From: Candidatus Marinacidobacterium sp.
GTDB lineage: Bacteria; Acidobacteriota; Vicinamibacteria; Marinacidobacterales; Marinacidobacteraceae
Assembly: GCA_965204755.1 (NCBI GenBank)
Contig: OZ242011.1
Coordinates: 3,744,001-3,808,000, forward strand
Reading direction: 5' to 3'
DNA: 64,000 bases
Below are positions 28,123 to 38,225 of this stretch, in pieces. The notes beneath the pieces are model-generated. The model saw only the letters and a list, made by a program, of their open reading frames with translations, was not told where the DNA came from and searched no databases. The position numbers were made by a program, and so were the translations under genes. Positions within the stretch are counted from its first letter, which is position 1. Each line of letters opens with the position of its first letter.

Positions 28123-28877
28123 GCGAAGACTCCCGTCTCCCGGTGGAGCGCCGGGTCTTCGCCTGCCGGGGCCTCGTGAAGCGGTACGGCCGGAGGCGGG
28201 TGGTGAACGAGGTCGCCGTTTCCGTCTCGAGCGGGGAGGTGGTCGGGTTGCTCGGGCCGAACGGCGCCGGGAAGACGACGACCTTCCACCTGATGGTGGG
28301 GTTCACCCGGCCCGAAGCCGGCGCCGTTACCCTCGACGAACAGGACCTGACCGACATGCCGATGCATCGGCGGGCCCGTTGCGGCATCGGGTACCTCCCG
28401 CAGGAGCCCTCCATCTTCCGGGGCCTGACCGTCGAGGAGAACCTCCTGGCGATCCTGGAGACCGTGCCGGGGATGCGCCGGGCCGCCCGGAAGCAGCGGG
28501 CCGCGGAACTCCTCGCCGACCTCGGGCTCGGCGAGCGGGCGAAGAACTTCGGGCGCTCGCTCTCCGGCGGGGAGCGCCGCCGCGCGGAAATCGCCCGCGC
28601 GCTCGCCCGGGACCCCGCCTTCCTGCTGCTCGACGAGCCCTTCGCCGCCATCGACCCGATCGCCGTTTCCGAGGTGCAGCGCATCGTGGCCCGGCTCCGC
28701 GACCGGGGCCTCGGCGTGCTGGTCACCGACCACAGCGTCCGCGAGACCCTGCAGGTCACCGACCGGGCGTACATCATCGAGAACGGGCGGATCCTCTTCG
28801 AAGGGCCGCCGGAGGAACTCGTCCGGAATCCCGAGGTCCGCCGCACCTACCTCGGCGAAGAGTTCGAGTGGCGATGA
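28119..28877 (+). CDS. lptB: LPS export ABC transporter ATP-binding protein
   Basis: Motifs GLLGPNGAGKTT, YLPQEPSIF, LSGGERRR, LLDEPFAAIDP, YLGEEF. Confidence 0.96.
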   Translation: MSEDSRLPVERRVFACRGLVKRYGRRRVVNEVAVSVSSGEVVGLLGPNGAGKTTTFHLMVGFTRPEAGAVTLDEQDLTDMPMHRRARCGIGYLPQEPSIFRGLTVEENLLAILETVPGMRRAARKQRAAELLADLGLGERAKNFGRSLSGGERRRAEIARALARDPAFLLLDEPFAAIDPIAVSEVQRIVARLRDRGLGVLVTDHSVRETLQVTDRAYIIENGRILFEGPPEELVRNPEVRRTYLGEEFEWR

Positions 28878-30409
28878 GCCCGTCCCAAAAGCCCCGTCTC
28901 GCCGCGGTCGTCCGGCAGCAGCAACGCCTCACCCTCACGCCGCAGGTCCGCCAGACCATCGAGATGCTCTCCATGCCGATGACGGAACTGCAGATGAGGG
29001 TCGAGCAGGAACTCGTGGAGAACCCGGCGCTCGAGGAAGTCCTCGAGGGCGAGGAGGAGTCGGACGACGAGGACGCCCCGGCGCCGGAAGCCGAGGCCGA
29101 GTCCGCCGACGGGGCCGCCGACGGAACCGGGGAAGAGGCCCGGCAACCGACCGCCGAGGAGGTCGCCACCGCGCCGGAGAAGGACGCGATGGCGGAGATC
29201 GAGACCCGGGACTTCTTCGCCGAGAACTACGATAACACCGGCGGGCTGGCGCTCTCGGAGGAGCCTCCCCCGCTGGAGCGGACGCTTCCGGCCGGCCGGA
29301 CGCTGGCGGAACACCTGCGGGAGCAACTCGGCCTCGCCGTTTCCAGCGAGGCGGAGCGCGCCGTCGGGCTCCACATCATCGGCAACCTCGACGAGCGCGG
29401 CTATCTCGACGCCTCGGTGGACGACCTGGCCCGCTCGAGCGGCGCGAGTCCCGACGAAGTGGAAGCGGTCCGCCAGCAGATCCTGCGGTTCGACCCCACC
29501 GGCTGCGCCTGTCTCGACCTGCGCGAGTGCCTGCTCGCGCAGGTGGAGGCGCGGGAAGGGGACACCGCCCTCCTCGAGAAGATCGTGGCCGACCATCTCG
29601 AGCAGGTGATGGCGGAACGGTTCCGGGAAGTCGCGGAAGCGACCGGCGCGGAGCCGGATGCGGTCCTCCGGGCGATCCGCCGCATCGGCGAACTCTCCTT
29701 CCGGCCGGGAGAGGCTTTCGCCGCCCCGACCCCGTATCGGGTCGTCCCCGATGCCCGGGCGTACCGCTTCAACGGGGAGTGGCGAGTGGAGATGAACGAC
29801 TCGATCCCCCGGCTGCGGGCGAGTCCGGCCTACCGGGAAGTCATCGGTTCGCCGCGGGAGCACACCGCCGAAGAGCAGAAGTTCGCCCGCGAAGCCTGGT
29901 ACCGGGCCAAGGGGTTCCGGCGGTCGGTCGAACAGCGCCAGTTGACCGTGCGGCTCGTGGCCGAAGACATCGTGCGCAAGCAGACGGACTTCCTGAGCGA
30001 GGGGATCGACCGCATCCGCCCGCTGGTGCTGGCCGATGTGGCCCGGGACATCGGCCGGGCGGAGTCCACGGTCTCCCGGGTGGTCAGCAACAAGTACCTG
30101 CAGACGCCGCGCGGCATCGTCCCCTTCCGCCGGTTCTTCCACAGCGCGCTGGCGCTTCGCGACGGACGGCAGGTGTCCTCGGAGGCGGTCCGCGCGCGCA
30201 TCCGGCGGATCGTCGAACGGGAGGATCCGGAGTTCCCGCTCGCCGACGACCAGATCGTGCAGTTGCTCGACCGGGAAGGGATCATCATCGCTCGCCGGAC
30301 CGTCGCCAAGTACCGGAAGGCGATGCGGATCCCCTCGTCGAACGACCGCCGGGCGCGCCACCGGCACCGGTTGCCGGAAGGCGCGAGCCGCTCCGGCCGA
30401 GCCGGCTGA
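28874..30409 (+). CDS. rpoN: RNA polymerase sigma-54 factor
   Basis: Motifs QQRLTLTPQ, ENPALE, ESTVSR, RpoN box ARRTVAKYR. Confidence 0.96.
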   Translation: MSPSQKPRLAAVVRQQQRLTLTPQVRQTIEMLSMPMTELQMRVEQELVENPALEEVLEGEEESDDEDAPAPEAEAESADGAADGTGEEARQPTAEEVATAPEKDAMAEIETRDFFAENYDNTGGLALSEEPPPLERTLPAGRTLAEHLREQLGLAVSSEAERAVGLHIIGNLDERGYLDASVDDLARSSGASPDEVEAVRQQILRFDPTGCACLDLRECLLAQVEAREGDTALLEKIVADHLEQVMAERFREVAEATGAEPDAVLRAIRRIGELSFRPGEAFAAPTPYRVVPDARAYRFNGEWRVEMNDSIPRLRASPAYREVIGSPREHTAEEQKFAREAWYRAKGFRRSVEQRQLTVRLVAEDIVRKQTDFLSEGIDRIRPLVLADVARDIGRAESTVSRVVSNKYLQTPRGIVPFRRFFHSALALRDGRQVSSEAVRARIRRIVEREDPEFPLADDQIVQLLDREGIIIARRTVAKYRKAMRIPSSNDRRARHRHRLPEGASRSGRAG

Positions 30410-30471
30410 CCGCGGCGGCCGACGGCGCGCGGTTGACCGGCGCGCCGCGGGTCGCGGATACTCGCCGGCCG

Positions 30472-30948
30472 ATGATCGGCATCGTCGTGGTGACCCACGG
30501 GCAGTTGGCCCGCGAACTCGTGGCGGCGGCGGAGATGATCGTCGGGGACGACATCCCGAACGCGACCGCGGTCTCCGTAGGTTGGTTCGACGCCGCGGAG
30601 GAGGCCCGGAAGGCCATCCTCGGCGCGGTCAACCGGGTCTCGGCCGGGGAGGGCGTGGTCCTCCTCACCGACATGTTCGGGGGCACTCCGTCGAACCTGG
30701 CCCTGAGCCTGCTGTCGGAGTCGCGGGTGGAAGTGGTTACCGGCGTGAACCTGCCGATGCTGATCCGCCTGGTCTCGATACGCGAGGAGGAGCAGGTGGG
30801 GCTCGCCCAGGCGGCGCAGGAAGCGGTGGCCCAGGGCAAGGAGAACATCTATCGGGCTTCGGAACTCCTGGCCGGCGGCGCCGGCGCGGGCGAACCGTCC
30901 GGCGGGAGCGCGACGCCCGGCGCCCCGGAGGACGGAGGCGGGTCGTGA
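30472..30948 (+). CDS. PTS mannose/fructose-type IIA component
   Basis: Motifs IVVVTHG, LTDMFGGTPSN, VTGVNLPML. Confidence 0.93.
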   Translation: MIGIVVVTHGQLARELVAAAEMIVGDDIPNATAVSVGWFDAAEEARKAILGAVNRVSAGEGVVLLTDMFGGTPSNLALSLLSESRVEVVTGVNLPMLIRLVSIREEEQVGLAQAAQEAVAQGKENIYRASELLAGGAGAGEPSGGSATPGAPEDGGGS

Positions 30949-31014
30949 CCTCCGGGGCCGGGCCCCGGCCGCCGGCTTCGTTCGCGTCCCGGGCCGGCTG
31001 AGACCCGCTGCGCC

Positions 31015-31356
31015 GTGCCCAGCCGAACGGTCACGGTCCCGAACCCGCGCGGGCTGCACGCCCGGGCCTCCGCCCGGTTCGTGAAGACGGCGGCGGCCCA
31101 CGACGCGGTGGTGACCGTCACCCGGGGCGAAACGACGATCGACGGCAAGAGCATCGTCAGCCTCCTCTTCCTGGCGGCGGCGAAAGGGACCCGCATCACG
31201 ATCCGCACTTCCGGGCCCGAGGCGGACTCGGCGCTCGCGGCGCTGTGCCGTCTCGTCGAGACCGGCCTCGGGGACCCGGAAAGCCGCGGCCGAACGGACG
31301 GGGACGACCGGACGAGGAACCGGGCGCCCGACCCGGGCCGAGGGAGGAGCGAGTGA
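31015..31356 (+). CDS. ptsH: Phosphocarrier protein HPr
   Basis: GLHARAS (His15) and DGKSIVSL (Ser46). Confidence 0.93.
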   Translation: MPSRTVTVPNPRGLHARASARFVKTAAAHDAVVTVTRGETTIDGKSIVSLLFLAAAKGTRITIRTSGPEADSALAALCRLVETGLGDPESRGRTDGDDRTRNRAPDPGRGRSE

Positions 31357-33119
31357 TCCGCGGGGCGGCGCCTTCCGCCTCCCGCCGGCGCCGCTCCGGC
31401 CTGGTCCTTCGCGGGGAGGCGGCCGCTCCCGGTATCGCCGTGGCGCGCGCCGTGTTGTTCGAGCGGCTCGTCGTGCCGGTGTTCCGCCTGGCGATCTCCC
31501 GCCGGGAGACGGCCGCCGAGATCCGGAGGTTCGCGCGGGCGGTGGACGAAGCGGAGCGGCAACTCGAGCGGATCCGCGACTCCACCCTCGCCGCGCTGGG
31601 CAAGGACCCCGCCTACCTCTTCGAGGCGCAGCGCCTCATGTTGCGCGATCCGCTCCTCGCGGACCGCGTCCGGTCGGAGATCCGGGAACGCCGGGTCAAC
31701 GCCGAGTGGGCGCTCCGCAGCGTCCTCCAGGAGTTGGAATCGGTCTTCGACGGGTTGGCGGACGAGTACCTGAAGCAGCGGAAGGGCGAAATCGCGGATG
31801 TCGGCGGGCGGCTGCTCCAGAACTTGGCCGGCCCGACGCATCCGGCGCCCGAGCGAGGAGATCGGAAACAGGTCGTCGCCGCCGAGGACCTCCCTCCGTC
31901 GGACGCCGCCGAACTGGACTGGAGCCGCACTTCGGGCATCGTGATGGAGGCGGGCGGGCCGACCTACCACACCGCGATCCTCGCCCGGACCCACGATGTG
32001 CCCTGCGTGACCGGTGTTCGCGGCCTCCTGCGTCACCTGCGCATCGGGGCCCCGATCGTGGTGGACGGTTTCGAAGGGATCGTCGTCGTCGGCCCCACGC
32101 GGGACACGCTGCTCGACTACCGGAGGCGCCGGGTGCGCGTCCGGGAGCGCCGCCGCCGCCTGCGCGCAGCCGCCGCCGGCCGCGCGGCGACGGCGGACGG
32201 CAAGGAGATCGCGGTGATGGCGAACCTGGACGAGCCCGGGGAACTCGACCTCGTCCGGCGGAACGGCGCCGACGGGGTGGGGCTCTTCCGAACCGAAGGG
32301 CTCGCGGCGCGGGAGATTCCGGACGAAGAGGAGCAGTTCCGGATCTACCGCGGCCTGGCGGAGGCGCTTCGGCCCGACCCGTTGGTGATTCGCGCCTTCG
32401 ACCTGGACGCCACCAGGATCGGGCGGGCCCCCGAGCCGAATCCGGCGCTCGGGTTGCGCGGCATGCGGCTCCTGGCCCAGGCCTCGACGATTTTCGAGAC
32501 CCAGATCCGGGCGGTCCTCCGCGCCGCCTGCTTCGGCGATGTCCGGTTCCTGTTCCCGATGGTGGGCGGGCTGGAGGAATACCGGGCGGCGAGGACCCAT
32601 GTGAACGCCGCGCAGCGCGCCCTCCGCCACCGGCGGGCGGAGTTTCGACCGGCGCCGCTCGGCGCGATGCTGGAGGTGCCCTCGGCGGCGGCCACGGCGG
32701 ACCACTTGGCCGAAGAGGCGGAGTTCCTGAGCGTGGGGACGAACGACCTGCTGCAGTACCTCTTCGGCGCCGACCGGGCGAACGAGCGGGTGGCGGGAGT
32801 GGGCGACGCCCTCCATCCGGCGCTGCTCCGCGCGATTCGATTCACCGCCCGCATGGCGGCCCGGAAGAAAACGCCGCTGACGGTGTGCGGCGAAATGGCG
32901 GCGGACCCGCTGGCCATCCCGCTGTTGATCGGGTTCGGGGTCCGCTCCTTCTCGCTGACGCCTCACGCCGTTCCCGAAGCGAAGCGGATCGTCTCCGGGA
33001 TCCACACCGGGGAGGCGGCCGAACTCGCCCGCGCCAGCGTGCGCCTCACCACCGCCCGCCGGGTCCGCGCCCGCCTGCTGCGCCGAGCGGCCGGGGGGGC
33101 TTCGGCCGGTTCGAACTGA
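31353..33119 (+). CDS. ptsI: PEP-protein phosphotransferase (enzyme I)
   Basis: Motifs GGPTYHTAILAR, GVGLFRTE, NPALGLRG, SVGTNDL, VCGEMA. Confidence 0.93.
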   Translation: MIRGAAPSASRRRRSGLVLRGEAAAPGIAVARAVLFERLVVPVFRLAISRRETAAEIRRFARAVDEAERQLERIRDSTLAALGKDPAYLFEAQRLMLRDPLLADRVRSEIRERRVNAEWALRSVLQELESVFDGLADEYLKQRKGEIADVGGRLLQNLAGPTHPAPERGDRKQVVAAEDLPPSDAAELDWSRTSGIVMEAGGPTYHTAILARTHDVPCVTGVRGLLRHLRIGAPIVVDGFEGIVVVGPTRDTLLDYRRRRVRVRERRRRLRAAAAGRAATADGKEIAVMANLDEPGELDLVRRNGADGVGLFRTEGLAAREIPDEEEQFRIYRGLAEALRPDPLVIRAFDLDATRIGRAPEPNPALGLRGMRLLAQASTIFETQIRAVLRAACFGDVRFLFPMVGGLEEYRAARTHVNAAQRALRHRRAEFRPAPLGAMLEVPSAAATADHLAEEAEFLSVGTNDLLQYLFGADRANERVAGVGDALHPALLRAIRFTARMAARKKTPLTVCGEMAADPLAIPLLIGFGVRSFSLTPHAVPEAKRIVSGIHTGEAAELARASVRLTTARRVRARLLRRAAGGASAGSN

Positions 33120-33195
33120 ACGGACGGACAGCGGCGCCGCGAGGGGGAAGCGTCGGAGGGATCTCGCTCTTCGGTGATCGAGGCGTCAACGGGAG

Positions 33196-36100
33196 TTACC
33201 GCCAACTGCGGGGTTCCTGGGCGCCCCGGATCTCCGGGAACGGCGTCCGGGTCGAGACTCCCGGTTCGAACAGGGCCTCCACGACCAAGTGGGCGGCGCC
33301 CCGTTCCGCTTCGATGCGGCCGGCGGCGCCGAGGAAAGTGCGCGTGCGGGCGAGCCGCCGGTTGCGTCGGAAGACATCGGCCCAGAGGATCAGGTTCACG
33401 AATCCGGTCTCGTCCTCGAGCGTCATGAAGACCACGCCGGAAGCCGTGCCCGGCCGTTGGCGGCAGATGACGATTCCGGCGTAGCGCGCTTCCGCGCCGC
33501 TCGGCAGCGCCGCCACTTCCTCCGCGGTGGGGAAGCCGGCGGCGGCGAGTCGGCTGCGGAGCGGCCGGAGCGGATGGCCGCGGGTGCTGTGGTGTTTCGT
33601 CCGGAGGTCCCAGACGATGGACTCGAAGTCGTCCGGGGAAGGAAGCGGCGGGGACGACTCCCGAAGCAGCGGCCGGCCCGGGGCGGCGCCGGCCGGGTTT
33701 CGGCCGAGCGCTTGCCAGATCGCCTCCCGGCGGTTCGCCGGGCCGAGCCGGTGGAACGCGTCGGCCTCGGCGAGCGCCAGGAGCGCCTTTCGCCGGAGAC
33801 CGGTGCGGCGGGCGAAAGCGGCGACCGAGCCGAAGGGGGCTTCGCCCCGGGCGGCGGTGACCCGTTCGCCATCGGCCTCGCCGAGCCCCTTCACATACCG
33901 GAGCCCCATGCGCACCGCCGGGTCGGGAACCGCCGGGTCGGCGTTCGCATCCAGGGAGCAGTCCCACTCGCTTTCCGCCACATCCACCGGGAGGAATCGG
34001 ACGCCCCGGCGCTTGGCGTCTTCGACGATGGTCGAAGGCGGGTAGAAGCCCATCGGCTGGGCGTTCAGCAGGGCGCAGGCGAACTCCGCCGGGTAGTGGC
34101 AGAGGAGGTACGCGCCGGCATAAGCGATCAGGGCGAAACTGGCGGCGTGGCTCTCCGGGAAGCCGTATTCGCCGAAGCCCCGAATCTGCTCGAACACCCG
34201 CTCGGCGAACTCCCGGTCTATCCCCTTCGCCTGCATCCGGGAGATGAGCCGCGCCCGGTGGCGGTCCATCTGCCCGGTGCGGCGAAAGGCGCCCATGTCG
34301 CGGCGCAATCGGTCGGCTTCCCCCGGGGTGTAGTCGGCGGCCACGATCGCAAGGCGCATCACCTGCTCCTGGAAGAGCGGGATGCCCAGGGTCTTCTCCA
34401 GCACCGGACGAAGCGAGGGATGGGGGTAGTGGATGGGCTCTTCGCCGTTCCGGCGGCGCAGGTAGGGGTGGACCATTCCTCCGGCGATCGGGCCGGGGCG
34501 AACGATGCTCACCTCCACCACCAGGTCGTAGTAGTTGCGGGGGGCGAGCCGCGGCAGCATGGCCATCTGCGCCCGGCTTTCGATCTGGAACACGCCGACG
34601 GTCTCCGCGCGCCGGATCATGGCGAAGGTCTCGGAGTCGTTCGGCGGGAGGTCGGACAGGGAGAGGTCGAGGCCCCTCGACTCCCGGAGGCTTCGGAAAC
34701 ACCGGTCGAGTTGGGTCAGGGCGCCGAGGCCGAGCAGGTCCACCTTGAAGATGCCCAGTTCCTCCAGGTCGTCCTTGTTCCACTGGATGACGGTGCGTCC
34801 TTCCATCGCGGCGTTCTCCACCGGCGACAGCCGACTGATCTCCTCGGCGCCCAGCACGAACCCGCCGGGGTGGATGGAGAGGTGGCGGGGAAACCCCCGG
34901 AGTTCGTCCACCAGTCGGATCAGGTGGCGGACCGCCGGGACTTCCGGCTTCCAGCCGGCGGAGCGCAAGCGGTCTTCGTCCACCTCCTCCCGGTGGGAAA
35001 AGGCGCGGGCCAGGCGGTCGAGCGGCCGCTCGGAAAAACCGAGCGCTTTCCCGACTTCGCGGATCGCCGAGCGCGCGCGGTAACGGACGGTGTTCGCCAC
35101 CATCGCGGCGCGCTCTTCGCCGTACTTCCGGTACGCGAACCGGATGACCTCTTCCCGGCGGGAGTGCATGATGTCGAGGTCGATGTCCGGCGGGGAGGCT
35201 CGCTCCGCCGAGAGGAATCTCTCGAACAGGAGCCCGAGCCGCACCGGGTCCACCGCGGTGATCCCGAGGCAATAACAGACCGCCGAGTTCGCCGCCGATC
35301 CTCGCCCCTGACAGAGGATCTGCCGTTCGCGGCAGAAACTCACGATCTCGTGCATCGTGAGGAAGTACCCGCCGTAATCGAGTTCCCCGATGACGGCGAG
35401 TTCGATTTCGAGTTGCCGGCGCACTTCCTCGGGGACGCCTTCCGGATAGCGGCGCCGGGCGCCGGCGAAAGTCAGTTGCCGCAGCCGACTCGAAGAATCG
35501 GCTCCGTCGGGGAGGTCGGGTTCGGGGTAGCGGTAACGGATCCGGTCGAGGGAGAACCGGCAGTCCTCCGCGATCTCCAGGGTGCGGGCGGCGGGTTCCG
35601 GGGAGTCGGCGAAGAGGGCCGCGAAGTCGGCCGGGGACCTCAGGAAGTGCTCGCCGTTCGGCCGCAGCCGGCGGCCGGCCCGGTCGAGGGTGACCCCGTG
35701 GCGGATGGCGGTGAGCACATCCTGCAACCGGCGTCGTTCGGGCCGGTGGTAGAGCACTTCGGTGGCGGCGGCCAACGGGACCCGGTACCGGGCGGCGCGC
35801 TCCCGCAGCCGGGCTTCGCGCGGCCGGTCGCTGTCCCGCCGGTGACGGGTCAGCAGGAAGTGGAGGCGGGGGCCGAAAGACTCCCGGAGAAGTTCCGCTT
35901 CGCGGTCGGGGGGCGGATCCCGCAGGAGGGAGGAGTCGCCGCCGCCCCAGAGGGCGTGGAGCCCCTCGGCCGAGGCGGCGATCTCGGCGAAGGAGACGCC
36001 TCCGGCGCCTTTTCGGGAACGGGGAGGGGGCTTCCTTCCCGAATCCGCGGAGGGAATCGCCGCCGGCCCCCGCCGCCGGCTGCGGGTGAGGAGGCTGCAG

Positions 36101-36525
36101 AGGTTCCGGTAACCGGTCTCGTCCGCGGCGAGCAGGAGCAGGTGGTCGCGCACCCGGCGCCGTTCTCGTCCGTTTGCCTTTCGGGTTGCCGGGTAGCCGG
36201 CCTCCTTCTCGGAGACCGAGACCTCGGCGCCGACGACCAGGCGGACTCCGAGTTCCCGGGCCCGGGAGTGCGCCCGGACCATTCCATGGACGCCGTCCCG
36301 GTCGGTCAGCGCGATTCCGGGCAGTCCGAGAGCGCGCGCCTCGGCGACCAGTTCCTCCGGGTGGCTGGCGCCGGTCAGGAAGGAGAAGTTGCTCCGGCAC
36401 CAGAGGGGGAAGTAGGACGAGGAACTCGAACCGCGCGCCGCCGGTCGCTCCCCGCTCGGGCCCGGCGACCGGGCGCGCTTTCCGAGAGGGGCTTCCCGGC
36501 CTCCCGGTGCGTTCGGCCCGACTAT
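33196..36525 (-). CDS. dnaE2: Error-prone DNA polymerase DnaE2 (ImuC)
   Basis: Motifs SNFSFLTGASHPEEL, QGRGSAANS, PPDIDLDI, GFPESHAASFA, QRPGTASG, C-terminal RSWR. Start uncertain; in-frame ATA at 36525 overlaps the imuB stop. Confidence 0.93.
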   Translation of the reverse strand: MVGPNAPGGREAPLGKRARSPGPSGERPAARGSSSSSYFPLWCRSNFSFLTGASHPEELVAEARALGLPGIALTDRDGVHGMVRAHSRARELGVRLVVGAEVSVSEKEAGYPATRKANGRERRRVRDHLLLLAADETGYRNLCSLLTRSRRRGPAAIPSADSGRKPPPRSRKGAGGVSFAEIAASAEGLHALWGGGDSSLLRDPPPDREAELLRESFGPRLHFLLTRHRRDSDRPREARLRERAARYRVPLAAATEVLYHRPERRRLQDVLTAIRHGVTLDRAGRRLRPNGEHFLRSPADFAALFADSPEPAARTLEIAEDCRFSLDRIRYRYPEPDLPDGADSSSRLRQLTFAGARRRYPEGVPEEVRRQLEIELAVIGELDYGGYFLTMHEIVSFCRERQILCQGRGSAANSAVCYCLGITAVDPVRLGLLFERFLSAERASPPDIDLDIMHSRREEVIRFAYRKYGEERAAMVANTVRYRARSAIREVGKALGFSERPLDRLARAFSHREEVDEDRLRSAGWKPEVPAVRHLIRLVDELRGFPRHLSIHPGGFVLGAEEISRLSPVENAAMEGRTVIQWNKDDLEELGIFKVDLLGLGALTQLDRCFRSLRESRGLDLSLSDLPPNDSETFAMIRRAETVGVFQIESRAQMAMLPRLAPRNYYDLVVEVSIVRPGPIAGGMVHPYLRRRNGEEPIHYPHPSLRPVLEKTLGIPLFQEQVMRLAIVAADYTPGEADRLRRDMGAFRRTGQMDRHRARLISRMQAKGIDREFAERVFEQIRGFGEYGFPESHAASFALIAYAGAYLLCHYPAEFACALLNAQPMGFYPPSTIVEDAKRRGVRFLPVDVAESEWDCSLDANADPAVPDPAVRMGLRYVKGLGEADGERVTAARGEAPFGSVAAFARRTGLRRKALLALAEADAFHRLGPANRREAIWQALGRNPAGAAPGRPLLRESSPPLPSPDDFESIVWDLRTKHHSTRGHPLRPLRSRLAAAGFPTAEEVAALPSGAEARYAGIVICRQRPGTASGVVFMTLEDETGFVNLILWADVFRRNRRLARTRTFLGAAGRIEAERGAAHLVVEALFEPGVSTRTPFPEIRGAQEPRSWR

Positions 36526-38225
36526 TCGACGCGCCCTTCGAGGAACCAGGAGTCCCGCTCCCGGTCGAAGAAGATCCAGCAGACCTCTCCCCGTTCCAGC
36601 CGGACGAAGTAGTAGTCGCGGGTGATCGGCCGCCCGGAGAGCCGGCGCCACCAGCCGCCGGAAACCCGGTACGGCCCGGCGCAACCGCGGACCGACCCCC
36701 GTTCCAAGGCCCGCCGCAGCCAGTCCCGGGTTTCGGGGCCGCTCGGACCGGGCAGGGGGAGCGGGCGGTCGTAGATCCTCCGGACGAGCGCTCCCGGTTT
36801 CGACTTCGAAACGGGTTCCTGGCAGGGAACGGACTCCGGGCGAACGGGAAAGCGGAAGTTCCCGGGAGGGTCGGCGGAGGCGTCGGGCCGAGTGCCGGGC
36901 AGGGCAGGGGGTGTTTCGATCGCTTCCGTCGGTCCGACCGGCGCGAAGCGGAAACTGGCGCCGGGGAGGTGGGCGCTGCGCGATTCGATCCGCACCAGCG
37001 CGTCCTCCCCGAATTCGGCGCGGAGGGAAGCGAGCGCCTCCGCCGCCGGCTTGCGGTTCCGCCTCACCGCTTCCCGGCCGCTCCGGCCTTCCGGAACGGG
37101 CTTCCGGAGCCCCGGTCGGACGGAGGGATCCTCGAACAGGTTCTGCGGTTCGGACATCTGGAGACCGGCGCGGGCCGAGAGGACCAAGTCGGTCACTCCC
37201 GACGCCTCCCCGGAGCAGGTTTCGGTTCCGATCCGGAGCCGCAGCAGGGAGAGCAGCCGCAAGCCGTCCACCGAAGGGCCGGTCGGAGTCACGGAAGCGG
37301 CGGCGATCCGTCCGTCTTCGCGCCGCAGTTCGTAGGAGAGTTCGAGGACGGCGAGCCCTTCCCGGGTCAGTTCGTCGAGGATCTCGTCCAGCAGGCGCTT
37401 CGCCCGGAACACCAGCCGCTCGTGGCTCGACTCCGGCGGATCGAAAGAGGCCCGGCGCTCCACCGGCGGGTCGGGCCGAAAGACTCGGGCGGCCCGGATT
37501 TCGACTTCCCCGGAAGCGAGGCGGTGCAGGCGGTGAGCCGCTTCGCCGTACCGGTTGCCGAGTCCCCGGCCGGAGAGGCGGAGCAGGTCCTCGAGGCGGC
37601 GGACTCCGAGTTTTTCCAAGTCGGCGAGCAAGGCGTCGGGGAGTCCGAATCGCACCAGCGGCGCCCGGCCGGCGGCCCGTTTCTCCTCGGCGGGAGTTCC
37701 GAAGACCTGTTCACCGAACAGCGCCCGAGCCGCCGCGAAGGCGCCGAAGCGGGAGAAACCGACCGCCGCCGAAGAGCGGAAGCCGATCTGTTCCAAGTCG
37801 CTCCGCAGGGCTCCGACCCAGTCGGAGGGGGCGCCGAACATCGTGGAAAGCCCGGAGGCCCGAAGCCAGAAGGCGCCGACGGCGCCGAACCCGGCGAGCG
37901 AAGGGCGGACCTCCGCCGCGGACTCGACCTGCGGGCTCCAGCGGTAGAGGCGCTCGGCCAGCCGGGCGACCGCCGCCCGGATCTCGGAATCCGTGATCCG
38001 GCCGACCCGGAGGTCGGGGCAGCCGGCGGCGGCCGCCGCCGGACGCATCCCCGGACGGACCCCCTGCCGCGCCGCTTCGCGGTTCACCCAGACGATCGGC
38101 TCCCGGGTTTCGTCGCCGGAAACGACCGCCGCCGGCGCGTCCCGCCAATCGGGATAACGCCGGAGCAGCAGTTGCAGCGGCAGCGCCGGCACATCAACAC
38201 ATGCCAGACATGCCTGCGGGGACAT
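36522..38225 (-). CDS. imuB: ImuB, Y-family polymerase-like accessory protein
   Basis: Motifs VNREAARQGVRPGM, WSPQVE, C-terminal GPYRVSGGWW...RDYY; lies between imuA and dnaE2. Confidence 0.88.
   Translation of the reverse strand: MSPQACLACVDVPALPLQLLLRRYPDWRDAPAAVVSGDETREPIVWVNREAARQGVRPGMRPAAAAAGCPDLRVGRITDSEIRAAVARLAERLYRWSPQVESAAEVRPSLAGFGAVGAFWLRASGLSTMFGAPSDWVGALRSDLEQIGFRSSAAVGFSRFGAFAAARALFGEQVFGTPAEEKRAAGRAPLVRFGLPDALLADLEKLGVRRLEDLLRLSGRGLGNRYGEAAHRLHRLASGEVEIRAARVFRPDPPVERRASFDPPESSHERLVFRAKRLLDEILDELTREGLAVLELSYELRREDGRIAAASVTPTGPSVDGLRLLSLLRLRIGTETCSGEASGVTDLVLSARAGLQMSEPQNLFEDPSVRPGLRKPVPEGRSGREAVRRNRKPAAEALASLRAEFGEDALVRIESRSAHLPGASFRFAPVGPTEAIETPPALPGTRPDASADPPGNFRFPVRPESVPCQEPVSKSKPGALVRRIYDRPLPLPGPSGPETRDWLRRALERGSVRGCAGPYRVSGGWWRRLSGRPITRDYYFVRLERGEVCWIFFDRERDSWFLEGRVE

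Noticed and set aside
7341-36612. Very long antisense or alternate-frame ORFs (e.g. 7341..10379 +, 20902..23712 -, 24769..27888 -, 33289..36612 +)
   Set aside because: Shadow ORFs expected at this GC content; Arg/Gly/Pro-rich, without motifs, and overlapping well-supported genes.
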